Shown in pieces: positions 8,860 to 19,863 of a stretch of DNA of 64,000 nt; within the stretch, counting starts at the first letter, position 1; each line of letters opens with the position of its first letter. Source of the DNA: Promethearchaeota archaeon. GTDB taxonomy: Archaea > Asgardarchaeota > Lokiarchaeia > Sigyniarchaeales > SOKP01. A program made the position numbers and the translations under genes. The stretch spans positions 1-64,000 of the forward strand of contig JAHLWS010000070.1 of assembly GCA_019057795.1 (NCBI GenBank), in the 5' to 3' direction. The notes under the pieces were generated by a model that was given only the letters and a program-made list of their open reading frames with translations, was not told where the DNA came from and made no database searches.

Positions 8860-9576
8860 ATGTTCCAGCAAGCAGGACGAGGGTACGACATGGCTATAAC
8901 TCAGTTTTCTCCAGAGGGGAGGCTGTTTCAGGTTGAGTACGCTATAGAAGCCGTGAGAAGAGGAACAACGGCTATTGTCTGTAGGAATAGTCATTCCGTT
9001 GTTTTTGCCGTTGAAAAAAAGAGTTCTGAACTTCAAGAAATTATAGGCTCGGAAAAAATATTTAAAGTTGACGACCACATTGGCGCGGCTATCGCTGGGC
9101 TTACTGCTGATGCTAGAGTGCTTATAGATAGAGCAAGAGTTCAGGCACAAGTTAATATTTTAAATTACGACGAGAGAATTTCGATTAAAGATAGTACGCT
9201 TAATATCTGCGAATATCTTCAACTTTTCACGCAGAACGCAGGTGTGAGACCTTTTGGAGTGAGTTTCCTCATAGCTGGAGTTGATCCAAATGGAGAAGCT
9301 TCGTTGTATTTGACAGACCCATCGGGTGCTATGTGGGGCTATAAAGCTTTTGCGATAGGTGCAGGTGCAACTGAGGCGCGGGTTTACCTTGAAGAAAATT
9401 ATAAAGAAGATATTATTGATGATGAATTAAAATTATTACCTTTAAGGGCTTTGAAAGAATTAATGGGTGATAAATTGAATAAAGAAACCTGTGATGTAGC
9501 TTTCATTATGAAAGACGATATTAAATTTAAATTATTGAGTAATGAAGAAAAGGAAGATTTATTGAACAAATTATAA
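8860..9576 (+). CDS. psmA: Proteasome subunit alpha
   Basis: GYDMAITQFSPEGRLFQVEYA, RPFGVS, TDPSG. Confidence 0.98.
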   Translation: MFQQAGRGYDMAITQFSPEGRLFQVEYAIEAVRRGTTAIVCRNSHSVVFAVEKKSSELQEIIGSEKIFKVDDHIGAAIAGLTADARVLIDRARVQAQVNILNYDERISIKDSTLNICEYLQLFTQNAGVRPFGVSFLIAGVDPNGEASLYLTDPSGAMWGYKAFAIGAGATEARVYLEENYKEDIIDDELKLLPLRALKELMGDKLNKETCDVAFIMKDDIKFKLLSNEEKEDLLNKL

Positions 9577-9692
9577 TCTTCTATAAAATATTTAAGGTTC
9601 AAAGTTAACCCTCATTAACATTTATCAATTAATATAAGGCAAATAATAGTAAAAAGCGAGATCATTCAAAAAGTAGTTAGTGAAAAATTTAA

Positions 9693-10484
9693 ATGATAGG
9701 TAGAGCAAGAATAGATTTAGGTGGTTTCATTGTTGGGCGCATAATTAAAGAGGGGCGCACCTTTGAGATGTTATTAGCCCCGGACAAAGCATGGGAAGCC
9801 AAAAAAATCATTCGAGAAGAAATAAACAAACGTCTTATGGAAGGAAGCAAAAAATCTCGTATTTCTGCCGAAGAACTCTTGAAAAACCCTAAAATTTCAA
9901 TTGAATTAATTTTTGAAAGTTTTACCGTGTTTGAAGATTTGAGAAGGGGAAAAAAAGCAACTGACGGCGATATGGAAGCTGTATTTAATACTAAAGACGG
10001 AAGAATTATCGCAAGTACCATTTTATTAGAAGGAGAAATACAATGGACTCGAACCCAACGAGATGATGAAAGAGATAAAAAATTAAAGCAGATAATTACA
10101 ATTATCACTAAAAACGCGATAAATCCTCAAAATAAAAAACCACATCCTTATCAAAGAATTGAAAAAGCTATAGAGGAAGCAAAAGTTAAAGTTGACTTAA
10201 TGAGAAGCGCGGAAGAACAAGTGGACGATGTACTTAAACAGATACGCGCAATTATACCTATTCGAATGGAGCAAGTGGAAATTGCGATAAAAATACCTTC
10301 GGTCTTTACTGCAAAGGGATATAATGTTGTTGCGCAATTAGCACAAATTAAGAAGGAGGAATGGCAATCGGATGGATCTTGGGTTTCAGTGGTGAGTTTG
10401 CCTGCAGGATTGCAAATGGAATTGATTGATAAATTGAATAAGTTAACTCACGGAAGAGTTCAAATTAAATTAATGAAATCCTAA
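9693..10484 (+). CDS. sbds: Ribosome maturation factor SBDS/Sdo1
   Basis: FEMLL..PDKA, NAINPQNKKPHPYQRIEKA, EEWQSDGSW; lies between psmA and rrp4. Confidence 0.95.
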   Translation: MIGRARIDLGGFIVGRIIKEGRTFEMLLAPDKAWEAKKIIREEINKRLMEGSKKSRISAEELLKNPKISIELIFESFTVFEDLRRGKKATDGDMEAVFNTKDGRIIASTILLEGEIQWTRTQRDDERDKKLKQIITIITKNAINPQNKKPHPYQRIEKAIEEAKVKVDLMRSAEEQVDDVLKQIRAIIPIRMEQVEIAIKIPSVFTAKGYNVVAQLAQIKKEEWQSDGSWVSVVSLPAGLQMELIDKLNKLTHGRVQIKLMKS

Positions 10485-10573
10485 CCAGATAATTTTTAAC
10501 TAATTTTCATTAATGGTTTTTTACGATAATTAATCAAATGTATAAATTATAAATAGAGAGTGATTAAAAATAA

Positions 10574-11383
10574 ATGGAAAATGAAGAAGATGAATCAAAG
10601 GAAGAAACTATAACAGATAATGATGAAGCTGAAGAAGTAGCTGAATTCGAGAGTGAGGAGATTTCTCGGGAAGTTGTCGTGCCAGGAGAGGTATTGACAG
10701 AAGATACAAAAAATTTCTTACCCGGAAGAGGTACAATTTTAAATAAAGAAAGAACAAAAATAATATCGTTAAACATTGGTTTAAAGCAGATTAATAAAAA
10801 TTACATTAACGTTATCCCTCTTAAAGGGTTTTATACGCCTCGAGCAGGAGATAAGGTTATTGCTTTAGTTACAGATAAAAACCCAGTCAAATATAGATTA
10901 GACATTAACGCTAAAGATGATGGGATTTTAAAACCTAGGAATACAGTAAAAAGAGGAAAAACCAGGGGATTTAGAGGGGGAGGTTCAGATTCTGCAGATC
11001 TTTCAACTGATAAGTATCAAATTGGAGATATATTAATTGTAAAAGTACTTTCTGCAGATCGTCTAAATCAACCTGAATTAACAACCGTGGGTCAATATTT
11101 AGGCAAAAGAAGAGATGGCATAGTTATCTCAATTAATCCTCCAAAAATTCCACGAGTTATTGGACGTAATGGTTCTATGATTAAAATGTTAAAAAATTTG
11201 ACTAAAAGTAATATATTTGTAACGCAAAATGGGCGTATTTGGTTAAAAGGTGAAAATATTGCTTATGAAAGGTTATTAATTGACGCAATAAAGAAAATTG
11301 AAAGAGAAGCCCATACGGTTGGGTTAACAGACCGAATTTCAGAATATATTGATAATGAAAAAAAGATAAGAGGTATAAATTAA
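10574..11383 (+). CDS. rrp4: Exosome RNA-binding subunit Rrp4
   Basis: VVVPGE, S1 domain (YTPRAGDKVIA), KH domain (KIPRVIGRNGSMI, QNGRIW). Confidence 0.95.
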   Translation: MENEEDESKEETITDNDEAEEVAEFESEEISREVVVPGEVLTEDTKNFLPGRGTILNKERTKIISLNIGLKQINKNYINVIPLKGFYTPRAGDKVIALVTDKNPVKYRLDINAKDDGILKPRNTVKRGKTRGFRGGGSDSADLSTDKYQIGDILIVKVLSADRLNQPELTTVGQYLGKRRDGIVISINPPKIPRVIGRNGSMIKMLKNLTKSNIFVTQNGRIWLKGENIAYERLLIDAIKKIEREAHTVGLTDRISEYIDNEKKIRGIN

Positions 11384-12151
11384 ATGCCACTAATTATTAA
11401 AGATGAGTACCCAGAAAAATTATTTCGTGAAGATGGGAAGAGACTTGATGGTCGAGACAAACATGAGTTAAGACCTATAAAAATGGAAGTAGGAGTACTA
11501 AAAAATGCAGATGGTTCAGCATATTTAGAATGGGGTAATAACAAAATTTTTTGCGCTGTTTACGGACCTAGAGATGTTCATCCTCATTATTTAGCGAAAC
11601 CAGATAGAGGAATTCTGAGAGTTTTTTATAGAATGGCAACCTTTTCGGTGTTTGATAGAAAACGCCCAGCTCCAGGACGTCGAGAAAAAGAAATTTCAAT
11701 GGTATTAGCAGATTGCTTAGAACCTTTGCTTTTTCTTGAACTTTATCCGGGTAATTCGTTTGAGGTTTTTATTAACGTGATGGATGCTGATGGCGGAACA
11801 CGGTGTGCATGTGTCACGGCTGCTGCTTTAGCGCTTGCTGATGCGGGGGTTCCAATGAGGAGTCTAGTAACAGCTGTTGCCGTTGGAAAAATTGATGGAG
11901 AATTAGTAACAGACTTATCAGGAATTGAAGATAAATCAGGTGATGCAGATTTACCGTGTGCGATAACATGGTTTAATGAGGAAATTTCATTACTCCAATT
12001 CGATGGCAGTATGAATTTAGAAGAGTTTGACGAGGTTTTAACTCTTGCTAAAAATGCTCTAATAAAGATCCATGAAATACAGTTAAACACGCTAAAAAAT
12101 AAATATATTGCAATTCAAGAAGAATATTCTGGAGGAGAGAATAAAAAATGA
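11384..12151 (+). CDS. rrp41: Exosome exonuclease Rrp41
   Basis: RLDGR..ELRP, ADGSAYLEWG, VYGPR, ADGGTR. Confidence 0.97.
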   Translation: MPLIIKDEYPEKLFREDGKRLDGRDKHELRPIKMEVGVLKNADGSAYLEWGNNKIFCAVYGPRDVHPHYLAKPDRGILRVFYRMATFSVFDRKRPAPGRREKEISMVLADCLEPLLFLELYPGNSFEVFINVMDADGGTRCACVTAAALALADAGVPMRSLVTAVAVGKIDGELVTDLSGIEDKSGDADLPCAITWFNEEISLLQFDGSMNLEEFDEVLTLAKNALIKIHEIQLNTLKNKYIAIQEEYSGGENKK

Positions 12152-12972
12152 TGAATACAAAACGCGTAATCTCGACAATAGAAAAAAATTACATTCTCAA
12201 TAATTTGAGGAAAGAAGAAAGAATTGACGGTAGAGGACTTTGGGAATATCGAGATTGGACTATAAAACCAGATGTTATTACTTCAGCAGAAGGATCTGCT
12301 GACGTAACATTAGGAGATACAAGAATAATTACGGGGTTAAAATACGATGTAGGAACACCCTTTCCTGACATTCCTGAAGAGGGCGTTTGTACTTTTATGG
12401 CGGAACTGCTACCTTTAGCATCTCCTATATTTGAAAGAGGGCCTCCAAGCGAGCAATCAATTGAGCTTGCACGTGTTGTTGATAGAGGGATTCGACATGC
12501 TGACTGCGTCCAAACAAAAAAACTATGTATAAAAGCAAATAAAGCTGTGTATATTTTATTTGTAGATCTATATGTTATCAATTATTCGGGGAATTTAATT
12601 GATGCAGGTGGTATAAGTTCGTTAACTACATTAATCTCGAGTCACATTCCCGAAGGAAAATGGGTGGACGATCAAATTGAATGGACGGGCAAATATTTAA
12701 CCGGAGAAACTATTGTAAATGAACTACCAATTGTTACAACATATGGAAAAATCGGCGATGTCATCTTTTTGGACCCTACTTTACCAGAAGAACTAGTGAG
12801 TGATGGAAAAATCTCCATTTCTGTTACCGAAGATAAAATAGTATCTATTCAAAAAAGTGGTCTTGCTACATTTTCTATAGAAGAAATAAATATGTTGACC
12901 AAGAAATCTATGGAGATGGGTAAAAAACTTAGGAAGGAATTAAATCTTTGGCAATATAAAGTTAAAATTTAA
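12148..12972 (+). CDS. rrp42: Exosome subunit Rrp42
   Basis: RIDGR, AEGSA, ELARVVDRGIR, GNLIDA. Confidence 0.97.
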   Translation: MMNTKRVISTIEKNYILNNLRKEERIDGRGLWEYRDWTIKPDVITSAEGSADVTLGDTRIITGLKYDVGTPFPDIPEEGVCTFMAELLPLASPIFERGPPSEQSIELARVVDRGIRHADCVQTKKLCIKANKAVYILFVDLYVINYSGNLIDAGGISSLTTLISSHIPEGKWVDDQIEWTGKYLTGETIVNELPIVTTYGKIGDVIFLDPTLPEELVSDGKISISVTEDKIVSIQKSGLATFSIEEINMLTKKSMEMGKKLRKELNLWQYKVKI

Positions 12973-13058
12973 AACTTTTATTTAATTGTATTTTTTTTAA
13001 AATTTTATTTTTTATTTGTTTTAAACATTTTTTTTTAAGATTAATTAATAAATCAAAA

Positions 13059-14030
13059 TTATTGTTTTCTAACTTTTCTTAGAGTTTCAAACGTACCATA
13101 TCCTCCCGAAATTCCATCAAGTTCAAAAGTTCCAAATGCTTGTACCAAGATTGCTTGATTACCTTCATCATCTTGAAAATTTACGGGGATAATTGAGCCT
13201 ACATTAGCTTTGAGTATGTGTCGATCACCGAGATTATCGATCAATTCTAACTCTGAACTTATAGGTAAAATACCATCCGGTTGAAATTTTTGATTTATTA
13301 TTCGTAGAGTCTTTAAAGGAATATTTTTTCCATCTTTATATAAAAAACCACCCGTAGATAACCTGCCATCATCAGTAACAATCGCAGCAGGATTAATTGC
13401 TAAATTTTCGTTAAACCAAACTACGTAGTAAAACCAATCTCCAATACCAGTCCAATCTCTTACCCCATAAGTGTGATCTCGTTGTCCTAAAACCCGTTCA
13501 ATATTAAAAATTTCATCACCTACTATTAATTCCCCAGAAACAAGTCCTATTTGTTCCCAATGTTTATCTCCTGATTTTTTACCGATCTCTAGTGATTCTG
13601 GAGTCATATATTCGCTATATTCGTACGGTTCGTTGATAGGATTAAATGATAAATTCATTTCAATAGATTGGACTTTTAAAATGAGTTTTGGGTTTTCACG
13701 CACTTTTGGTAAATCTAACGAGTTCTTTACAAAAACCATATTACCTTTAAATTTATAATTCCAATTTCCATCTGATTGCCAACCATGTACCATTCCTTTT
13801 ACTTTAAGGGCATCTGAATAATCGTTTATTTTAATCTGTTGGTGATATCCTGCTACGGAACCATCAGGCAGAAAAAGAAAGAAAAAAGTCATGCCCTCCT
13901 GTTTATTTGGTTTAAAACCAATTCTAGACATGCCCCCCAATTTGTCCTTTTTACTATAAAAAACAAAATAATAACTTTCGTTCCATTCAGGATGTTTGGT
14001 TGATTTATCTATATGAGTTATTTTTTCCAT
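13059..14030 (-). CDS. Hypothetical beta-rich AttH/lipocalin-like (DUF7064/7065-like) protein
   Basis: WNESYYF, HWEQ.G, GQRDHTYGVRDW motifs. Confidence 0.55.
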   Translation of the reverse strand: MEKITHIDKSTKHPEWNESYYFVFYSKKDKLGGMSRIGFKPNKQEGMTFFFLFLPDGSVAGYHQQIKINDYSDALKVKGMVHGWQSDGNWNYKFKGNMVFVKNSLDLPKVRENPKLILKVQSIEMNLSFNPINEPYEYSEYMTPESLEIGKKSGDKHWEQIGLVSGELIVGDEIFNIERVLGQRDHTYGVRDWTGIGDWFYYVVWFNENLAINPAAIVTDDGRLSTGGFLYKDGKNIPLKTLRIINQKFQPDGILPISSELELIDNLGDRHILKANVGSIIPVNFQDDEGNQAILVQAFGTFELDGISGGYGTFETLRKVRKQ

Positions 14031-14048
14031 TTTTATTTTAAACCTTTA

Positions 14049-16778
14049 TTAATCTTTAATTTTAATAATTCCATTATAGCCATTAATATTTACAATTTGA
14101 CCGTTTTTAAAGAGTTTACAGGCGTTTGGAACGTTAGTAACTGCGGGTATACCATATTCTCGAGAAACTACGGCACCATGGCTAAGTACGCCTCCCGTTT
14201 CAGTGATAAGACCGCCTATTTTTGAAAATACAGGAGTCCATCCTGGATCTGTTCGAGGTACTACAAGGATCTCGTTTGCTTTAACTGTAGAGATTTGATT
14301 AATAGTTCGAATTATATGAATTTTTCCAGTAAATATTCCATGGCTGGCTGGTATCCCTTGGAAAATTGAACTATCTTTTGAGTATTTTAAAACATCGTTA
14401 AATTCGTGGGAACCTAAAAGAAATTTTGGAGGAACTTCATTCTCAAATTTTAGAAAATCTCTTTTTCTATTACTGATTTCAATCTGTAATTTGGATATTT
14501 GTTTCTCATTAAATTTATGATGTAATAAATCTTCAATCTCTCTTTTTTTTAGAAAAAATATATCATTTGACTCCTTTAGAATTCCTTCATTAGTTAACAG
14601 TTTCCCTATTTCTAAAAAAACCCTTCGATTTCTTGTAATCCAGCGATCCAAGATAAATCTCTGATTTTCTCTAAAGATTATGTATAATCGGCTTAGTTTT
14701 AAAATAACACTTAAGATTTTCCATTTTATAAAACCAAATCGCTGTGATCTAATTTTATATTCAACAATTTTCTCAGTTTTTTCTTGGATCTCACAACTGG
14801 AAAAGTTTTTACTAATTTTTTCATGTGTTGTTTCCGTGGTTAATGGTTTTAAGATATTAAATACGTGAGTCATTGGTTTTTCGCTCCAACGGGGATAGTA
14901 TGGCTCTCTAGTGAATCCACGATCGCCAAATTTCTTTAAAAAATTATCAAATTCTATTAGAAAATTGTGAATTTGTGAATTTTTTTCATGTTTTAGCAGG
15001 TCATAAATGTTTTCAGATTTATTATCGAGTATTATTGACTTTAAGTTAGAATTATCTTGAATTAAGGCCGCTAATGAATGAATTCCTTCATTTGTTTCAG
15101 TTAACTTATTTTTTATGCCCGATATTAAAACAGGATAATATAGTAGTGATTCGTTTTTCCCTAGAAAACGAGTTAGAAGATATTGTGTCATTAAATTCAT
15201 TCCAATATTGTGAACGGGGATCCCATATCTTACTAGACTGAAATGAGGAACCATTACACGATTGAGATCTTCTACAAGTGAAAATAAAACTAGTCCATCG
15301 CTTGTATCTTCGATTTTTTTGAATTTTAAATCAAAATTTATGCAAAACGGATTAAATATCTTATTAGTCCACTCATCGTATTTTACTGCAGTTTTAGTAA
15401 TACTACCATCAGGATCGTAAATCATTATTCGAATTTCTGCAATTACACGATTCTTAATATGGAAAGGAAGGTTTGTAATTGTTTCCTTACCGTAGTATCC
15501 AGAACCATCTGGAAAGTAATTTAAAATATCTTCATTTCGCAGCATTTTTGGAATTTCATTTTCTACTTTAAGTTTAAGAACTTTTAAATTAAAATACACA
15601 TGACCATTATAAAGCTTTAAAAGCTTATTATCTATATTTTCATAGCCTAAAATACTATTAAGCTCGATATTAACAATTTTGGTTAAATTTTCGCCTAATA
15701 ATTCGAAAAAGAGAGGACTAACAGGATCATTCCAATAATCATCGCTATAGCCTCGACTCCACATTTTTTTTTCTTTGATTTTTTGGGGACTCATTGAGGT
15801 TATAGGCCGCGATTGAAGAAGATAGATGAGATCGTCTTGATCTATAGCCCATTCGATATCTTGAGGCTTTCCTCCAAAGATATTCTCAATTTTGTTCCCA
15901 ATTCTAGCAAGTTTAATAATAACTTTGTCTGAGAGGGAAGATTCCGTGCTTTTTTGTTCGGAGAGGAGTTTTTGCTCTATACCACTATCGCCATTAGTCT
16001 CTTTTGAAAAAATGGCAAATTTTTTTTTTCCTATTCGTTTGTCAATGACTCTAAATACTTTTTTTCCTTTTTTAAGTATTTTTTGAACTATGTATTGATC
16101 TGGATTAATCTCGCCAGACATTAAGGATTCTCCCAATCCAAAATTGGATTCAATAAGAATTTCTGAAATATCCGAAGTAATTGGATTAGCTGTAAATAAT
16201 ACTCCTGCAGATTTTGGTGAAATCATTTTTTGAACAATGGTTGCAATCTTAACGCTGTTATGAGGTATCTTGTTCTTTATCCTATAAGATATTGCTCTAC
16301 CCGTCCAAAGAGAGGTATAACACTGTTTAATGTGATGAAAAATCTGCTTGAAACCTTTAAGATTTAAATAAGTATCGTACTGACCCGCAAATGAAGCTTC
16401 AGGTAAATCTTCTGCCGTAGCCGACGATCTTACGGCAACATAATAAGAATCATAATGAGGATATATAGCAGAGATTTCATTGGTGAGTTCAATAGGAAGT
16501 AGGCTCCCCTCAAAAGCGTTTTTAATTGATTTCGCTGCTGCTTCAATAGAGTCATAATCATCATCTTTGATTTTATTTAATGAATCTTGGATAATATTAT
16601 CAAGCTTATTACGCATTAGAAATAAAGTATAAGCCGAAGTTTTTATGACGTATCCTTCTGGAACAAAAAAATCTTTTGTCATTAGAAAGCTCAGATTAGC
16701 AGATTTGTTGCCGATCTCTTTAACATCATCAGTTGAAATATCAGTTAATTTTACTGTAAAAGGACCTTCTACAACCAA
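14049..16778 (-). CDS. PEP-utilising enzyme with rifampin phosphotransferase-like architecture (ATP-grasp, central substrate domain, C-terminal His swivel)
   Basis: AVRSSATAEDLPEASFAGQY, PQDIEWA, LQSRPIT; C-terminal TDPGWTP...GGVLSHGAVVSREYGIPAV. No PEP/pyruvate TIM barrel. Confidence 0.85.
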   Translation of the reverse strand: MVVEGPFTVKLTDISTDDVKEIGNKSANLSFLMTKDFFVPEGYVIKTSAYTLFLMRNKLDNIIQDSLNKIKDDDYDSIEAAAKSIKNAFEGSLLPIELTNEISAIYPHYDSYYVAVRSSATAEDLPEASFAGQYDTYLNLKGFKQIFHHIKQCYTSLWTGRAISYRIKNKIPHNSVKIATIVQKMISPKSAGVLFTANPITSDISEILIESNFGLGESLMSGEINPDQYIVQKILKKGKKVFRVIDKRIGKKKFAIFSKETNGDSGIEQKLLSEQKSTESSLSDKVIIKLARIGNKIENIFGGKPQDIEWAIDQDDLIYLLQSRPITSMSPQKIKEKKMWSRGYSDDYWNDPVSPLFFELLGENLTKIVNIELNSILGYENIDNKLLKLYNGHVYFNLKVLKLKVENEIPKMLRNEDILNYFPDGSGYYGKETITNLPFHIKNRVIAEIRIMIYDPDGSITKTAVKYDEWTNKIFNPFCINFDLKFKKIEDTSDGLVLFSLVEDLNRVMVPHFSLVRYGIPVHNIGMNLMTQYLLTRFLGKNESLLYYPVLISGIKNKLTETNEGIHSLAALIQDNSNLKSIILDNKSENIYDLLKHEKNSQIHNFLIEFDNFLKKFGDRGFTREPYYPRWSEKPMTHVFNILKPLTTETTHEKISKNFSSCEIQEKTEKIVEYKIRSQRFGFIKWKILSVILKLSRLYIIFRENQRFILDRWITRNRRVFLEIGKLLTNEGILKESNDIFFLKKREIEDLLHHKFNEKQISKLQIEISNRKRDFLKFENEVPPKFLLGSHEFNDVLKYSKDSSIFQGIPASHGIFTGKIHIIRTINQISTVKANEILVVPRTDPGWTPVFSKIGGLITETGGVLSHGAVVSREYGIPAVTNVPNACKLFKNGQIVNINGYNGIIKIKD

Positions 16779-16987
16779 ATAAATCCACCATTTAATTTTG
16801 ACTATAATTTTAAATTTAAATAAAAATCTTTAATACATCTTTGTTTAAATTTGTTTATAAAAGTTAATTTAACTTAAACTAGAAATTTACGGATTTAAGG
16901 GAAATTGATTATTCTTAATTGGAAAAATTTAAAGTTTATAGTAGTTTTTATTTAAACACAACATATTAAAAGAAATTAGTGATATTA

Positions 16988-17278
16988 ATGGGTAAAACGA
17001 AAAAAACCGGTCTTTCTGCCACTTTTGGAGCTCGCTATGGCTCTAATGTTCGTAAAAAATGGAGACTAGTCATGGAAAAACAAAAAAGTGGAAATTTAAA
17101 ATGCCCTCGATGCGAAACAGGAGGCTCGATCCGTAGAATTTCGACCGGTATATGGCATTGTAAAAAATGTAATGCTAAATTTACAGGAGGGGCATATTAC
17201 ACACAAACGCCTCGAGGCGCAGAGTCCTTTAGAATAGCGAAGCGAAAACAAAGAGAATTAGAAGTAATCGAAGAATAA
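16988..17278 (+). CDS. rpl37ae: 50S ribosomal protein L37Ae (eL43)
   Basis: FGARYG..VRK, CPRC...GIWHCKKC..KFTGGAY. Confidence 0.97.
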   Translation: MGKTKKTGLSATFGARYGSNVRKKWRLVMEKQKSGNLKCPRCETGGSIRRISTGIWHCKKCNAKFTGGAYYTQTPRGAESFRIAKRKQRELEVIEE

Positions 17279-17547
17279 TGAATAAAAATAATTTTTATAC
17301 AATAAAATCTACTTTAGAGCTTAAATTTAAAACTTCTAAACTATGCGATATTTCATATAACTCATTTTTGCCAGAGTTTAATATAGTGAAATCGAAAAGA
17401 TCTACAATATCGATGAAAAAAGAGGAATATTCGTTAATATTCCAAATCGATAGCAACGATATCACTGCTTTCAGGGCAAGTATTAATGAGATAATCAGTT
17501 TCGGAAAGGTTATTGATAATACGCTAAAAATTGTTGAAATTCCGTAA
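17278..17547 (+). CDS. pcc1: KEOPS subunit Pcc1
   Basis: SNDITAFRASIN motif, size and superoperon position. Confidence 0.85.
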   Translation: MNKNNFYTIKSTLELKFKTSKLCDISYNSFLPEFNIVKSKRSTISMKKEEYSLIFQIDSNDITAFRASINEIISFGKVIDNTLKIVEIP

Positions 17548-17600
17548 ATTTCATATTAGAAATTTCATTTACTAATATAAAAAATATTATGTGATTATCA

Positions 17601-17957
17601 TTGACAATTAATTTCGACCAATTAAATGAAGAAACAAAGAAGAAATTTCAAACTTTAACTCAATTTGGTCAAACTTTAGAGATCCTTACACAACAGAAGT
17701 TACAAATTGATAGTAATATTAGAGAAACAGAACTAGCAATAGAAAGCCTAACTGAAGCTACTCCAGATACACCTGTTTACAAGAGTATTGGTGGCGTGAT
17801 GGTAAAAAGCACTCGAGACAAACTACTTGACGAGAAAAAATCTAATAAAGAAACTCTAACCATGCAATCTAAAACGCTTGCTCAAAAAATAGAAAGAACC
17901 AAGAGCACTTTTGATAACATGCAGAGATCTCTTCAAGAAGATTTACAAAATCAGTAA
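17601..17957 (+). CDS. pfdB: Prefoldin beta subunit
   Basis: Coiled coils flanking VYKSIGGVMVK. Confidence 0.92.
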   Translation: MTINFDQLNEETKKKFQTLTQFGQTLEILTQQKLQIDSNIRETELAIESLTEATPDTPVYKSIGGVMVKSTRDKLLDEKKSNKETLTMQSKTLAQKIERTKSTFDNMQRSLQEDLQNQ

Positions 17958-17973
17958 TATATTCAATATTTTT

Positions 17974-18981
17974 ATGCTTAATTCTAAAAAAGAAGATTTT
18001 TTAAATTATTTAAAGGGAAAAAATCTCTTAATTGTCACTCATGATTCAGCTGATCTTGACGGGTTTGTGTCTGCTTTAGTTTTAAAATTCTTTTTAGAGA
18101 ATTTTTTTACAAATCAAAATATATTTTTAATGTTCTCAAAATTATCTAAATATACTAAAAACTTCGTGGTAAAATTTCTCCAAAAATTTCCAGATTTTAA
18201 TTTCCCTTCTAAAAATGACGAAAACTTCTCAAATATTGACGTGATAGTAATAGTCGACTCAAATAATTTAGAACAAATAAAATTGTCAAGCATGCTAAAT
18301 TTAGATGTCCCCTTTATTTTTGTAGATCATCATTTAGATTTAAAAAAGAATCATGAAGGAAATATAACATCATTAAATTTAATATTTGAAAATTATTCTT
18401 CGACAGCAGAAATAATATTAGAGTTAATTGATAATTATAACTTTGATCTTCCAATCCCATACAAATATCTTTTAATATCGGCAATATTAACCGATTCAGG
18501 GTTTCTTAAATATGGAAATACCGAGACTATCAAGCATATATTAAATATTTTGGAAGATGAAATAGAATTTCAAGATGTTCTACTTTTATTAGAGAACGAA
18601 ACTGATATCTCTAAAAAAATTGCAAGTATTAAAGGGTTGCAAAGAACTAAACTAATTCGAGTTGACAGTTGGTTAATTGGTATTTCACATGTTAGTAGTT
18701 TTGGCGCTTCCGTTGCATCAACCTTAATAAAAGTTGGATTTGATGTTGGAATTGTTTATACAAAAGAAAAATCTAAATATAGAATCAGCGCTCGAGCAAA
18801 AAAAAATGTATGTTTAAAAACTGGGTTGCATCTTGGGAAAATTTTAAATGGTATAAGTAATGCAGATGGTGGCGGGCATGATGGCGCTGCGACTTTAAAC
18901 GGTGAGAATGATTTAGAGCGTAATCTTAACGAAATAGTAGATAATATAAAGCGAACTTTAATTAATTATCAACCGTTATAA
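17974..18981 (+). CDS. DHH family phosphoesterase (NrnA-like, DHHA1)
   Basis: THDSADLDG, VDHH, ILTDSG, ISARA, GGGHDGAA; ATG at 17974. Confidence 0.9.
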   Translation: MLNSKKEDFLNYLKGKNLLIVTHDSADLDGFVSALVLKFFLENFFTNQNIFLMFSKLSKYTKNFVVKFLQKFPDFNFPSKNDENFSNIDVIVIVDSNNLEQIKLSSMLNLDVPFIFVDHHLDLKKNHEGNITSLNLIFENYSSTAEIILELIDNYNFDLPIPYKYLLISAILTDSGFLKYGNTETIKHILNILEDEIEFQDVLLLLENETDISKKIASIKGLQRTKLIRVDSWLIGISHVSSFGASVASTLIKVGFDVGIVYTKEKSKYRISARAKKNVCLKTGLHLGKILNGISNADGGGHDGAATLNGENDLERNLNEIVDNIKRTLINYQPL

Positions 18982-19011
18982 AGCAAAAAGATATGTAGAT
19001 ATCCTTATATA

Positions 19012-19851
19012 ATGAGCTTAATTAAATTTAGCAATTTTCATTTTCGATACAAAGGAAACGAAGAATATGCTTTAAATAATATTAATTTAAAAATTGAATC
19101 TAATAAATTTATTTTGTTAGCCGGAGAGACTGGATCTGGAAAAACTTCGCTAATCAGATGCATGAATGGGTTAATCCCCCAATTTTATGCGGGTTATTAT
19201 AAGGGATCTGTGGAAATCTCAGGAAAAAATACTATTGAAACACCTATATCAAATTTATCTAAAGATATTGGAATTGTATTTCAAAATCCTGAAAACCAAT
19301 TAATTGCAATGAATGTAGAATACGAAATTGCTTTTGGCTTGGAAAACCTTGGATTTCCGAGGGAAGTTATTAAAGAAAGAATTGAAGAAGTTGTAGAAAT
19401 AACTGAAATTGAAAACATAATGGATAAAGCACCTTTTGAGATCAGTGGCGGTGAGCAACAACGAGTTGCTATTGCTTCAATTTTAGTATTAGAGCCTAAA
19501 ATTATCGTTCTAGACGAGCCTACCGCAAATTTAGACCCTTTTTTTGCTCAAAAAATAATTACTTTATTGAAAAAAATCCAAATTGAAAAGAAAATTACTG
19601 TTATAATTAGCGAACATCGAATGGACTTACTTGTCCCAATTGTGGATGATATAATCTTGATGAAAGAAGGTGAGGTTATCGCTTACGACGATAAAGATAA
19701 GATAATTAGTGATGACATTTTTGAGAATTTAAATATCAATAAACCAAAAATATATTCAATTTTTAATAAATTGAAAAAAAGAAATTTATTTGGACAAAAT
19801 ATTCCAATATCGATTCAAGGTGCTATTAATTTATTAAAAACTATCAATTAA
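19012..19851 (+). CDS. ecfA1: ECF transporter ATPase A
   Basis: GETGSGKT, FQNPENQ, SGGEQQR, LDEP. Confidence 0.9.
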   Translation: MSLIKFSNFHFRYKGNEEYALNNINLKIESNKFILLAGETGSGKTSLIRCMNGLIPQFYAGYYKGSVEISGKNTIETPISNLSKDIGIVFQNPENQLIAMNVEYEIAFGLENLGFPREVIKERIEEVVEITEIENIMDKAPFEISGGEQQRVAIASILVLEPKIIVLDEPTANLDPFFAQKIITLLKKIQIEKKITVIISEHRMDLLVPIVDDIILMKEGEVIAYDDKDKIISDDIFENLNINKPKIYSIFNKLKKRNLFGQNIPISIQGAINLLKTIN

Positions 19852-19863
19852 ATTAGAAAGGCT

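Noticed and set aside
9800-9890. About 24-aa insertion in SBDS as an in-frame intron
   Set aside because: No BHB fold was found, and it reads as a normal charged helical protein insert.
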